Below, piece after piece: positions 31,156 to 40,879 of a stretch of DNA of 64,000 nt. The DNA comes from an uncultured virus (IMG/VR IMGVR_UViG_3300025675_000001) (Duplodnaviria; Heunggongvirae; Uroviricota; Caudoviricetes; Schitoviridae), in the IMG/VR virus record IMGVR_UViG_3300025675_000001; one strand, given 5' to 3'. Made by a program: the position numbers and the translations under genes. Every line of letters starts with the position of its first letter. Position 1 is the first letter of the stretch. Under the pieces are notes generated by a model. It saw nothing but the letters and a program-made list of their open reading frames with translations. It made no database searches and was not told where the DNA came from.

Positions 31156-33309
31156 TCAGGTCGGGGTCTGGTATCGCTTGGCGACGGTCACAAAGATCGA
31201 ACGGTTCAGTTCGTCCTCGCCCATGGGTTCGGACAGCTTCTGATCGAAGGCCCGCACCTGGGCCTGAACCGACGGCAGATCCCAACCGGCATCGACCAGA
31301 CACAAGGCGAACTTGATCATCTGGTTGTTGCGGTTGCCCGGAACCATGCGGTTCGCGAACCAGCGTTCCATGTTGTCGAGGGATTCGAGCTTCTGGTTCT
31401 GCTGGCGATACTGTTCGTTGCGGCTGGTCTTGGGGATGAAAGGCAGCACATCGAGGAGTTGACCCTCCATGTTGTAATGGTACTGCCCGCCCGGGAAACT
31501 CTCCCATTTCTTGGCCCTCTGGTTCGCAGAGGCATCCGTGGTGAAGGGGAGCCAACCCATGATCCCGTTCATGAATTCCTTGTACTCGTTCTGATCGAGC
31601 TCGAGGAAATAGTTGGTCGGGAACATCAGCCGGAACCGGTGCTGCTCCGGGCTGTGGCGTTTGGTGGTGTAGAGCAGGAAGCGGTACTCCTTGAGCAGCT
31701 CCACGGCTGCCGGGATCCCGATCCCGCCATCCACGTCGATGCAGACCATGTTGAAGCCGGCAATGACGTTCTCTTCCGCCCGGTGACCCTGACGGAAATG
31801 ATGGTTGGCCCAGTGCATGCCCTCGGCCTGAGCCAGGACATGAAGCTGATCGAACGGCACCCGCTCGAGCAGATAGTTATAGGCCCAGTGGTTCGAGTAG
31901 GAGAGCACGAGCTTGTTGAGATCGGTTTCCTGCAGGGTCTCCCCCTTGAAGAACTCGATCCCGTCCACGAAGGACTTCTTGATGATGATGTGCTTCTTGT
32001 AGCCCCAGGCTGTGGCCATGGTCATCATCTCGTTGCGGGCTGTCTGGCTCGACTTGTAGAAGGGCAGAGCCTCGTGCAGATCCGCATGGGTGACCTCCGT
32101 CTTGATGCCGGCAATATACTTGGCCAGCTTCACGTAGGTCTTCTCCCGGTTGAGAATGGTCTGGAACGCTTCGCCGGATTCCTCCACCAGCTTGATAGCC
32201 GAGAGCAGATGCCCCATCTCGACCTCGGTCGAGGAATCGATGAAGGCATAGGCGCCGGCCAGCTTCAGAGCCTTGAAGTAGCGGTGCGAGAGCTCTGACT
32301 TCTTGATCTCCTCGTGATCGGAGAGGAGTTCAGCTGCCGCTTCGCATTCCAGACGGTAGGTCAGGATGGCGATCGAGACCGCATCCGAGACCTCCATCTT
32401 CCAGTTGAACATCGCCGGATCGGCCAGGGTGTAAAAGTGCCTGGCCCATTTTGTCAGGATGGCGTCGTTATCGGGACGGGTGAGCTGTTCGTAGATCTCG
32501 GTGGGCGTCATCCGCTTGGCCACCCGATTGTGCTGGCCGTAACCAAACAGGCAGCGTCGGGCATAACCGGTATCGAGGAAGGAGTAGAACTGATCCTCGG
32601 TCTGGCCGCCATCGAGCAGCTTTGAAGGGGTGCCGAAAAGCAGCATGTTGGTCGGCGTCTTGCCGTCGAGCTCCTCACCCCGCTGGTTCTCGGAGGTGTT
32701 CTTGGTCAGCTTCTGCTTGACCAGGCCCTGATCGTAGAGCTCGAGGAAGAGCGTGAGCACATCCGTGACACCGAGCAGGTTGGACCCGATCTCATCGATC
32801 TGCAGGTTGATCGATCCGGCGCCAGCCATCAGGAGCTTCTGGCGCAGCTGCTTGACCGCAGGCGGTGTGCCGGAATCGAAGGTGAAGGGGAAGGCGCCGG
32901 CCTGTTTGAACTCCTTCAGCACACCATCGAATTCGGCCTGCTGGTCCGTACCGTTGCGGGCTGCCCGGTTGTTGGCGATGACCCAGAGATTCTGGTCGGC
33001 AAAAACCGGAAAGGCCTCTTCCATGAAGCGGTTCTTGAACCCGCGCAGGAACTCGTTCTCGACGATATTGACAGAATGCCCCTTGCCGTAGCCGGAGGTG
33101 GCGAGCGCCAGGGCATAGATGTTGACCGGGATCTCGCCCCGATCCTTGGTGACGATCGCGGCCCGCATGGACGAGGCCATCTTGCCGAGGAAGTAGGCCA
33201 CCTCGGCACGGAAGAAGCCTCGATCGAGGTTCTGGGTCTTGTTACACAGCACATCGACGATCTCTTCCAGAGCCGGATGATGCTGGGCTGATGTAAGGTC
33301 AAGTGACAT
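31156..33309 (-). CDS. DNA primase (N4 gp43-like)
   Basis: 717 aa with SGYGKG, DSGTPPAVKQ, DEIGSNL, DVDGG, YTTKRH and GNRNN. Confidence 0.9.
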   Translation of the reverse strand: MSLDLTSAQHHPALEEIVDVLCNKTQNLDRGFFRAEVAYFLGKMASSMRAAIVTKDRGEIPVNIYALALATSGYGKGHSVNIVENEFLRGFKNRFMEEAFPVFADQNLWVIANNRAARNGTDQQAEFDGVLKEFKQAGAFPFTFDSGTPPAVKQLRQKLLMAGAGSINLQIDEIGSNLLGVTDVLTLFLELYDQGLVKQKLTKNTSENQRGEELDGKTPTNMLLFGTPSKLLDGGQTEDQFYSFLDTGYARRCLFGYGQHNRVAKRMTPTEIYEQLTRPDNDAILTKWARHFYTLADPAMFNWKMEVSDAVSIAILTYRLECEAAAELLSDHEEIKKSELSHRYFKALKLAGAYAFIDSSTEVEMGHLLSAIKLVEESGEAFQTILNREKTYVKLAKYIAGIKTEVTHADLHEALPFYKSSQTARNEMMTMATAWGYKKHIIIKKSFVDGIEFFKGETLQETDLNKLVLSYSNHWAYNYLLERVPFDQLHVLAQAEGMHWANHHFRQGHRAEENVIAGFNMVCIDVDGGIGIPAAVELLKEYRFLLYTTKRHSPEQHRFRLMFPTNYFLELDQNEYKEFMNGIMGWLPFTTDASANQRAKKWESFPGGQYHYNMEGQLLDVLPFIPKTSRNEQYRQQNQKLESLDNMERWFANRMVPGNRNNQMIKFALCLVDAGWDLPSVQAQVRAFDQKLSEPMGEDELNRSIFVTVAKRYQTPT

Positions 33310-33328
33310 AACGGATTTTCCTTATGGG

Positions 33329-34312
33329 TTATGCCATGAACCATTGGTCCTTCTGGCGGCACGCAGAGAAAGCGGGGCAATATTCGCAGGCTCTCACCTC
33401 TCCGGGGATGACCTTGACGACGCCCTTGCCGCCCTTTTCTGCGAGGAAGGCGTAGGCCGCAGCCTTGTCACCTTCGAAATTGCGGGTGGCCCGTGCCCCG
33501 GGCTGCTTGGCCTTCTCGGGGTCGGAGTAGTATTTGTAGACGGTCTCGCTGCGCCACAGCTCCTTGTCGGTGCAGTGGGGGATCTCCTCTTCAGGCGTAT
33601 CCCAATACTTCTCCAGCTCGGCGAGCTTGGACCGGATGAACTGTTCGGTCTCCTCGAGCGAGGGCATCAGCACGGGATATTCGAAGGCCTTGGTCTGGGG
33701 ATAGTTGGGATCGCCCTGGGCACGGCCTTTCTGCCAGTCGGTGAAGACGAACTGGATGTAGACGTGATCGTCGGTCACCAGCTCCGGATTGAGCCAGCGA
33801 TAGATCCCACCCTGCCGGGCGTAATCCTCATCCTTCTTGCCGAGCAGATACGAGTAGACCGAGGTGGTCTTGTTGTCGAAGAGCCGGCCCTGAATGATCA
33901 GGTCGAACTTGCCGCCGATGGTGTAGCCATCGACCTGACGAAATGCCCGCTGTTCAATCCAGACCGGGATCAGTGTGGGATTGGCGTCGATCTCTTCCTG
34001 GCTCGGATTGATCGCGATGTTCTCGTAGATCTGCGGCGGGTAGCCGAGCAGCTTCATCGCGTCCTGACCGTGCTTCGTCCAGGCTTTCTCGATGGAATCG
34101 TGAATGGCGGTGCCGAAGCGGGATGCCAGGAAGGATGAGATGTCGAGTTCACGTTCGGAATGCTGAACCCGTTTGGACAGCACCAGCTGGCGGGTGCTCT
34201 TGAGGAGGGAGGTGGCCGAAATGTATTTCGGATCATGGATGTGATCGTACTCGTCGTAGAGCAGCCAGACGGCCAGCGGCAACGAGATGCCATGGATATT
34301 GGTGAGTTTCAT
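33329..34312 (-). CDS. PD-(D/E)xK exonuclease-like protein (N4 gp42-like)
   Basis: ISATSLLK, GTAIHDSIE, GGKFD..DNK and C-terminal CEYC..C. Confidence 0.8.
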   Translation of the reverse strand: MKLTNIHGISLPLAVWLLYDEYDHIHDPKYISATSLLKSTRQLVLSKRVQHSERELDISSFLASRFGTAIHDSIEKAWTKHGQDAMKLLGYPPQIYENIAINPSQEEIDANPTLIPVWIEQRAFRQVDGYTIGGKFDLIIQGRLFDNKTTSVYSYLLGKKDEDYARQGGIYRWLNPELVTDDHVYIQFVFTDWQKGRAQGDPNYPQTKAFEYPVLMPSLEETEQFIRSKLAELEKYWDTPEEEIPHCTDKELWRSETVYKYYSDPEKAKQPGARATRNFEGDKAAAYAFLAEKGGKGVVKVIPGEVRACEYCPAFSACRQKDQWFMA

Positions 34313-34406
34313 GATCGCCTCGACAGCTGAAAGAGAGTGCAGGATGCGTTCGGGGGATCATCCCCCCGAAAACAATGAATCGGATTTTCACCAAAATCGG
34401 CGCTGA

Positions 34407-34757
34407 TTATTCCCTGGCGCCACGAGGCAAGGGCAGATGCTTTTCCTGTTCGAGCTCTTCTTGCAGGAGCGCCAGAGCCCGCCAGGCCAGGGCTGCACTG
34501 TGGCGGATGTTGCCGTCGAAACCGCCCCGTTCGACCAGATGTCGGATGATGCAATCGGCATGGTCCATCGACTTGCCCCGGGCATGGTGCATCTCGTCGC
34601 CGTTATTGTGCTTCTGGTTCCCCTGGAAGGAGACCTCCGACACCGCGGCAAGAGCATCCGGGAAATAGTCCAGCAGACCCCGACACATCGGATAGGTCTT
34701 GCGGGTGGCGCTGTCTGTGTCGATCAGACGCCGGGGTTGGCGGGCTTGCATGTCCAT
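34407..34757 (-). CDS. Putative dATP/dGTP diphosphohydrolase-like (DUF5664-type) protein
   Basis: YFPDALAAVSEVS.QGNQKH, DCIIRHL and HSAALAWRAL pattern. Confidence 0.55.
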   Translation of the reverse strand: MDMQARQPRRLIDTDSATRKTYPMCRGLLDYFPDALAAVSEVSFQGNQKHNNGDEMHHARGKSMDHADCIIRHLVERGGFDGNIRHSAALAWRALALLQEELEQEKHLPLPRGARE

Positions 34758-35104
34758 CAGGAGAACTCCATCCGCAGCTGCTCAGGCTGTTCAGATTTGG
34801 TGACCGGCATGGTCTTCTCGTGGAATCCCTTGTGGAATTCCTGTTCACTCATGACCCCGAGATGATTGATCGCGATGATGAAGACATCGACGATCTGACC
34901 GGTCTTGCCGTCTTCGGTCTCGGTGACGAACCGCTGCATCATGGCTTGCTGGGCACGAGCCAGATCATGGCGGTTGATGTGCTGTTGCTTGGTGATCAGC
35001 AGGGTGTTGAAGCTGATGCTCCGGTGGGTCTGATCGGCATTGGCCGGCTGGGTGTAGTGGACATTTCCAGCGACCAGCCAGTGGTGTTGGCGCAGCTTTG
35101 ACAT
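34757..35104 (-). CDS. N4-like hypothetical protein (gp40 position)
   Basis: Follows the DNA polymerase; HHWLVAG...INHLGVMSEQEF. Confidence 0.6.
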   Translation of the reverse strand: MSKLRQHHWLVAGNVHYTQPANADQTHRSISFNTLLITKQQHINRHDLARAQQAMMQRFVTETEDGKTGQIVDVFIIAINHLGVMSEQEFHKGFHEKTMPVTKSEQPEQLRMEFS

Positions 35105-35268
35105 GAAGGAAAATCTCCAGCGATTTTGAAGAAAATCCAATCTAAACCAGCGAGAAAATGAACGCCAGATAAAGATGGATTTTCGTCGATCTCTCGCGCA
35201 GCCGAAAGCGCACCCTGAACCAGAGTGTGAAGGGTCTGCGTCTGAAGGGGAAGATGATTATATTGGGA

Positions 35269-35303
35269 GACGCCACAGATTATTGTGATAATCCGTGGCG
35301 CTC
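35269..35303. other. Strong hairpin immediately downstream of DNA polymerase
   Basis: CGCCAC-A-GATTAT-TGTG-ATAATC-C-GTGGCG. Confidence 0.55.
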
Positions 35304-35307
35304 TGGA

Positions 35308-37983
35308 TCATGCAGCCTTGTCGGCCGCCTTGGCAGCGAGTGCCGTGAAGTGATGCTCGAAGGCCTGATAGACCTGATCGGCCGTGGCGCCATTGGGCAG
35401 CACCAGCTCATCCGCCCAAGTCGGATAGAACAGGGAGAACTCGCCGCCGAGCTTGACTTCCTCGTGCCAGATCTCGGGATGATCCTGCCATTCGCAGGCT
35501 GTCACCAGATGGGTGTTGGCGAACAGAATGGCATCGATGTTGTCCCGCAACAGGACGTAATTGGCATCGTGGATCTGGGCACAGGGCTTGATGTCATGCT
35601 TGAACTCCGAGGTCCGGACCTTCTGCATGAACTCCATCCCGGCCCGGGAGTTGAGCAGGCACCAGGATTGACCCATGGCATTGCCGGCTGTCCGGCCTTC
35701 GGCTTCCGCCTGGAACGGGGTCCGGGATGTGCCCCGTACCGTCTGAGCCAGAAGGGGTGTGCGTACCCGCAGCCCGAAGGCCACGGTCACGAAACCATCG
35801 ACACAGGCCTGGTTGAGCTTGTGTGCGATCCAGTCATCCGAGACCTTGTAGAGCTCGTGATAGCGGGCCTCGATCGCTTTGGCTTTCTGCTCACTCCAGC
35901 CCAGTTGCTGCATCATGCCGATATAGGTGCCGCCATAGGTGAGCAGGAAGGTCGGCGTCTTGGATTCCTGGCGCAGATGCCCGTATTTGTGTCCCTTGCC
36001 GGCGATCGCATTGACGCTCTCGACGGAATCGGGATCGATATCGGGCATCTGGTCCCCGAAATAGGCCACGGCCCGCATGGCATGCCCGTCGAAGCCGTCG
36101 GTATAGACCTTCAGCTTGTTGGGATCTTTGGTGGTCAGGGCCGAGATCCGGTCTTCGAGCGAGGCGAAATCGATGCCGCCGAAGAACCAGCCTGGCGGTG
36201 CCCGGAAACAGCTCTTGATCAGCTTCCCGAGCGAGAGCTTGCCGTCCTTGTAGAAGGGCGTGAGGAAGTCCTTGAACCGTTCGAACAGGCTTTCGGACAA
36301 GCTCATATAGACGTTGGCCGGCAGGTTCTGCAGGTTGGGACCGTTGGACGACAGCCGGCCCGAAACCGTGCCGCCGAGATTGAAGAAGCCGAACAGCCAA
36401 TGCCAGTCATCCGGTCCCTTGGGCGCATTCTCCATGGGTGGAATGAAGCTGGAGAGAATCTTCTCGACGGCCTTGTAATCGATCAGGGCCTTGATGATCT
36501 TCTTCACCTCTGGATCATCGGTGTGGTTGATCAGCTTCTCCAGGGTGTCGGCGCCGGTTGCCGGCTGCTTGGTCTCGGTCCGGTCGATCACCGGCAAACC
36601 GATCATCTCGTGAAGGAGCTTGCCCAGCTGGGGTGCGGAACCCGGATTGAAGGTGCCCGTGAAATCATTCGGGGTGACCCGTTTGACCTTGAGCTCCTGG
36701 TTCTTCTTGATCGCCCATTCGTGAGCCAGAAAGGAATGGAACTTCTGGATCAACGGGGAATGATACATCTGCGTGACGGCGTCATAGCGGATGCTCTCGA
36801 GCACATAAGTGACCCGGCGCACCTGATCGATGTCGAGCGGCATGCCGGTCAACTGCATCTGGATAATGTCCGTCATTGCCGGCTGGAATAGGCTCTCGTA
36901 GATATCGAGCTGCTGGTCACGCACCATGCGATCGTAATGCTTCTCGTAGACGAACCAGGTGGCCATGGCATCGACGAGATTGTACTGCAGAAGCTCCGGC
37001 AGCGGGATCTTGGTGATGTCGGTGATATCCTCCTGCGCATAATCCCCGGCGAATTCCTGGGCCTGGTCCTTGAGGCCAAGGCGGTTGCCGGCGCAGGAAT
37101 TGGTGGCGAGATAGGTGATCAGCTTGGTGCAATGCCAGTTGCGCAACATCACTTCCAGGCCCAGCAAGAGACCCCGGTTGTCGAGCAGATCGTCCATGAA
37201 GAGCTGGTAGATCAGCACATAGGCATCATAGGAGATGTTGTGATAGAGGGCTTTCTGCTTCAGCTTCCAGAAGAAGTCGTAGAGCATCAGGCGCACATCA
37301 GCGGCATCATCCTTGTTGCCGATCAGATCGATCGGGAAAGCAATCCCCTCATGCTTTGACCAGGCAAAGGCGATGGTCCCGATCCCGGCATCGTAATGCT
37401 TCAAGGAGAAGGCCTCGATGTCGATCGCCAAAGGACAATCCATCTGCAGAAGACGCTCCAGCCAGTCCTGGATCTCATCCACGGTCTGGGGATAGGCGCA
37501 GAACTTGATTAGGTCATTGCCGGGATCGTTGTAGCTGCCGGTCATGTGATTCTGCAGGGCCGTGATGCCGGCATCGATCTTCTGGTTCACCTTGACGGGG
37601 TCATAGAAGACGGTCCGGTAGTTCGGCACATAGACCAGCTTCCAGGGACCGAACTCGGTGTCCTTGACGTAGCCCAGGGCGGCATCGACCTTGCTGGACT
37701 TGGTCATGGTCTTGAAATATTCCCCGTCGCCCACGATCAGGTACTCGACCTGAAGGGAATTGAGCACGGGAGCGAGCTCCTCGGCGATATAGGCCTTGAT
37801 CTCGGCCACGGGGGTTTTCTTCTTGCCCGGCTTCTGGTGCAGGGAGATGACGATGATGTCGTCCTCCTTCAGCGCATAAGGCGTGATGTAGGAGCGCCGG
37901 ATGTCATCGCGGCGAATCTCGTTCACCAGGATTGCGATCCGGTAGCGCTGCTTCTCCGTGGGGCCATAGGTCAGGTATCGCAT
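35308..37983 (-). CDS. Family A DNA polymerase with 3'-5' exonuclease (N4 gp39-like)
   Basis: DIEAFS exonuclease motif, TVSGRLSS, DFASLEDRI (A), RQESKTPTFLLTYG (B), QIHDA (C). Confidence 0.95.
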   Translation of the reverse strand: MRYLTYGPTEKQRYRIAILVNEIRRDDIRRSYITPYALKEDDIIVISLHQKPGKKKTPVAEIKAYIAEELAPVLNSLQVEYLIVGDGEYFKTMTKSSKVDAALGYVKDTEFGPWKLVYVPNYRTVFYDPVKVNQKIDAGITALQNHMTGSYNDPGNDLIKFCAYPQTVDEIQDWLERLLQMDCPLAIDIEAFSLKHYDAGIGTIAFAWSKHEGIAFPIDLIGNKDDAADVRLMLYDFFWKLKQKALYHNISYDAYVLIYQLFMDDLLDNRGLLLGLEVMLRNWHCTKLITYLATNSCAGNRLGLKDQAQEFAGDYAQEDITDITKIPLPELLQYNLVDAMATWFVYEKHYDRMVRDQQLDIYESLFQPAMTDIIQMQLTGMPLDIDQVRRVTYVLESIRYDAVTQMYHSPLIQKFHSFLAHEWAIKKNQELKVKRVTPNDFTGTFNPGSAPQLGKLLHEMIGLPVIDRTETKQPATGADTLEKLINHTDDPEVKKIIKALIDYKAVEKILSSFIPPMENAPKGPDDWHWLFGFFNLGGTVSGRLSSNGPNLQNLPANVYMSLSESLFERFKDFLTPFYKDGKLSLGKLIKSCFRAPPGWFFGGIDFASLEDRISALTTKDPNKLKVYTDGFDGHAMRAVAYFGDQMPDIDPDSVESVNAIAGKGHKYGHLRQESKTPTFLLTYGGTYIGMMQQLGWSEQKAKAIEARYHELYKVSDDWIAHKLNQACVDGFVTVAFGLRVRTPLLAQTVRGTSRTPFQAEAEGRTAGNAMGQSWCLLNSRAGMEFMQKVRTSEFKHDIKPCAQIHDANYVLLRDNIDAILFANTHLVTACEWQDHPEIWHEEVKLGGEFSLFYPTWADELVLPNGATADQVYQAFEHHFTALAAKAADKAA

Positions 37984-37998
37984 GAGGAACTCCTGTGA

Positions 37999-38508
37999 TC
38001 AGTAGAGCAGCTTCGAGGCCATGTAGAATTCGACCTTGTCGCGCAGTTTCTGGTACTGGCGCTGGGCCCGCTCGTTGTCGGCCAGGGTGAAGCCTTCCTC
38101 TCTGGTTCGCGGCAGCATCTTGCAGCCCTCGATCAGCTCATGCATGCCGTTGGGCAGGGCATCACGGATATCCTGGAACGAGTGGCAGCCGCGCAGAACC
38201 AGAGTGAAAGCCTGGCCGACCTGGAGCCTCTCGCGCTCGAGGGTCTGGCGTTCCTCGAGAATCGCCCGCATCTCCGGCACCAGGCTTTGATGCAAGGGTG
38301 GACAGGACGACCGGCCCCGGGCGGCGCCGGTGAGATCGGAATAGACGACCCCCATATGCTGGAACCCGTCCTGTGAGCCGCCGAGGGCGGCATTCTTGGG
38401 GATCAGGGCCAGGGCACGTTGGGTGAGATGACGCTCCTCGTGATGGAAAAGCAGATCCAGGAGCTCATTCTTGAGGTGAAACAGTCGGTTAGATTCGGCG
38501 ATGGGCAT
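37999..38508 (-). CDS. N4-like hypothetical protein (gp38 position)
   Basis: QDIRDALP motif; between helicase and polymerase. Confidence 0.65.
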   Translation of the reverse strand: MPIAESNRLFHLKNELLDLLFHHEERHLTQRALALIPKNAALGGSQDGFQHMGVVYSDLTGAARGRSSCPPLHQSLVPEMRAILEERQTLERERLQVGQAFTLVLRGCHSFQDIRDALPNGMHELIEGCKMLPRTREEGFTLADNERAQRQYQKLRDKVEFYMASKLLY

Positions 38509-38525
38509 GGGAGGGTTCCTTGCTC

Positions 38526-39830
38526 TTATGGAAGGACCGGCCCTCCATATTTGGCGGGCAGATCTCCGTAGAGACACACCCGATGCTTGGCGCGTGAGAA
38601 GGCGACATACAGCATTCGTGCCACCTGACTGGTGGCGTTACAGGTGCCGATGTTGCCGAGATCAATGAAGACCGTGTCATAAGTGCTGCCCTGGGATTTA
38701 TGCACTGTAGCAGCATCCCGAGGGCGAAGGTCAGCGATATTGTTCTTCAACTGAAAATATTGTGACCAGTTCTTGCACTTACGATAATACTTCATCAGAT
38801 CCGTGAAATGAGCCCGGTTGGTCGGAATGGGCACATTGTTGATGATGTTGCCGAAATCGTCTTCCAGATCGAGCCTTTCGACATCGAGCTTCACGTCATG
38901 CTTGGTGTCGATGGTGATCTGGGACGGGCCATGATTGCGTTTCACCGTCACGCCCATCTCGACGGAGAGGTGTCCGGTCTTGTGGTGATAGACGGTGTTG
39001 TTGACCAGGAGCTCACCCGGCTGGTAGCTGTCGGGCAGCTGCCGGATAGCCCGGATATGGGCGTTGTAATCGACCACCCGCTTGTTGGTGAAAGCCAGGA
39101 TGCGGGCATCATGGGTCTGGGCATGAAAAGCCTGGTAGATCTCGTCCTGCATCTGCTGGCCATCGAGCTGATCGATCACGCCGGGCACCTGCTGGATCGG
39201 CTCAAAGACACCGGTCTCGACGGTCCGGCGCAGCTGATTGCAGATGGCCATCAGGGCTGGCTGGCCGGCATTGCGCACGGGTTCGAGCAACTCGACCAGA
39301 GGCGAATGGTGCTTGTAGACCGGGGAGAGATCCTCGAGCACGGGTGCGAGCTGGTGTCGATCGCCGACATAGACCAGCTTGCAGTTCATGGTGCCTTCCT
39401 GGATCGCTTTCCAGAGCTCGGTATCGATCATGGACGCTTCGTCCACGAAGATGATCAGGTTCTTGTGAATCTCCCAGTTCCGGTTCTTGGTGATCACGGT
39501 CTGACCGGTCTTGTAATCGTCCTTGAGCACCAGATTGAAGAAGCTGTGGACGGTCTTGGTCGGGCGTCCGACAGCCCGGGAGAGCACTTCGGCTGCCTTG
39601 TTGGTGGTGGCTGTCATGGCCACGGATGTGAAATCGGGATCAATGCCCATGAGCTCGCAAAGCTCGTGGTAGCGCGGCATGGTCTGATCGATCATGTGAT
39701 TCATCAGGTAAGTCTTGCCGACACCGGCTGGTCCGGAGATGATGAGCTCTTTGCCGGGGTTCATCAGGAACTCCATGAACATCTTGGCAGCGGCTTTCTG
39801 TCCCTGGTTCAGATTGTATGATGCGTTCAT
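38526..39830 (-). CDS. SF1 Dda/RecD-like DNA helicase (N4 gp37-like)
   Basis: GPAGVGKT, TATTNKAA, DEASM, GDRHQL, TVHKSQGST and YVAFSRA. Confidence 0.93.
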   Translation of the reverse strand: MNASYNLNQGQKAAAKMFMEFLMNPGKELIISGPAGVGKTYLMNHMIDQTMPRYHELCELMGIDPDFTSVAMTATTNKAAEVLSRAVGRPTKTVHSFFNLVLKDDYKTGQTVITKNRNWEIHKNLIIFVDEASMIDTELWKAIQEGTMNCKLVYVGDRHQLAPVLEDLSPVYKHHSPLVELLEPVRNAGQPALMAICNQLRRTVETGVFEPIQQVPGVIDQLDGQQMQDEIYQAFHAQTHDARILAFTNKRVVDYNAHIRAIRQLPDSYQPGELLVNNTVYHHKTGHLSVEMGVTVKRNHGPSQITIDTKHDVKLDVERLDLEDDFGNIINNVPIPTNRAHFTDLMKYYRKCKNWSQYFQLKNNIADLRPRDAATVHKSQGSTYDTVFIDLGNIGTCNATSQVARMLYVAFSRAKHRVCLYGDLPAKYGGPVLP

Positions 39831-39863
39831 GGGGAACTCTCATGTGAATGGGGAGGAGGCATG

Positions 39864-39893
39864 AAAAAGCCCCAGCACTGGCCGGGGCTTTTT
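39864..39893. terminator. Bidirectional intrinsic terminator after hns
   Basis: AAAAAGCCCC...GGGGCTTTTT. Confidence 0.85.
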
Positions 39894-39924
39894 CTTCTCA
39901 TGATCTATCCGCCATGACGGTGGG

Positions 39925-40287
39925 TCAGCGGATCAGGAATTCAGTACGGTCACGGCCCTTGATCCAGGCCGGTTCCTTGCCACGTCCCGACCAGACGGCG
40001 CCGGTTTGGGGATCGCGGTATTTGGGGACTGCCTTGACCCCTTTGCGTTTGATCTTCACCCCGCCCAGGGCTTCAACCAGATCCTCGATCGGAATATCGT
40101 ACTGGTTCACGACCTGGACGATCTGATCGATGACGCTTCGTTTGGTGGCTTCTTGTTTTTCCCGGATCTGTCGCTCGATTTCCTGCTGCTGTCGCTGCAG
40201 TTCGGCGACCGACAGATCCTGACCGTCCGTCTGGGAATGATCCGCAGGGCCTGCGAACAAGGCCTGCTTTTTCAGGGACTGGGTCAT
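39925..40287 (-). CDS. hns: H-NS family nucleoid-associated protein
   Basis: N-terminal coiled coil plus the canonical DNA-binding motif PKYRDPQTGAVWSGRGKEPAW. Confidence 0.9.
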   Translation of the reverse strand: MTQSLKKQALFAGPADHSQTDGQDLSVAELQRQQQEIERQIREKQEATKRSVIDQIVQVVNQYDIPIEDLVEALGGVKIKRKGVKAVPKYRDPQTGAVWSGRGKEPAWIKGRDRTEFLIR

Positions 40288-40439
40288 CTATATTGCTCCT
40301 TACCCGTAAGGGTTTTCTCCTAAACGACCTCCGTTTTTTTGGAGAGCTTCCCAACATATTGAGTTGTTTGCCAGAGGGCGTATTTTGTCAATAGCAAAAT
40401 TCTCATTATGTTGATAATCGCTGGCTGATTAAGAGATAA

Positions 40440-40754
40440 TCAGCCCCCCGGGCGAATGGTAGTTCGCGTGATGTACGCTTTGATCAACAACGACCGAAGA
40501 AAGCCCTTTACGGACTGCCCTGGTCCAAGCTGGGAGATCAACCAGGTCTGTTGGGCAGGAGACAAGGAATCATAGAGATCCTCCATGAAGGATCGGCGTG
40601 TATCAGCCGGCTCCACCCCTAAGACTTTCAAGCGATACGTGATCGTGGTGGGGTGGACATTCAGCCGTCTGGCGATGGAGCCAAGCGAGAGACCTACACT
40701 GTTGAGCGCAAGAATCGTCTGGTCATCAGCCTTTCTCTGATATTTTTCGACCAT
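40440..40754 (-). CDS. HTH DNA-binding protein
   Basis: LSLGSIARRLNVHPTTITYRL helix-turn-helix; AT-rich flanks. Confidence 0.75.
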   Translation of the reverse strand: MVEKYQRKADDQTILALNSVGLSLGSIARRLNVHPTTITYRLKVLGVEPADTRRSFMEDLYDSLSPAQQTWLISQLGPGQSVKGFLRSLLIKAYITRTTIRPGG

Positions 40755-40879
40755 TTTTGAGATCCTTTTCTAGGATATTCAAAGTTTATTAGCTGAGTAT
40801 TTTCTATAAATAAACACAGGATATTTTAATAATGAACCAGAGGGACAGTCCCGCTCCGTTTTCGAAGCGGGACAGGTCT

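Noticed and set aside
34407..34757. Z-base or 7-deazaguanine DNA modification pathway suggested by the DUF5664-like and Nmad5-like genes
   Set aside because: No PurZ, DpdA or Que/Fol enzymes are seen in the window.
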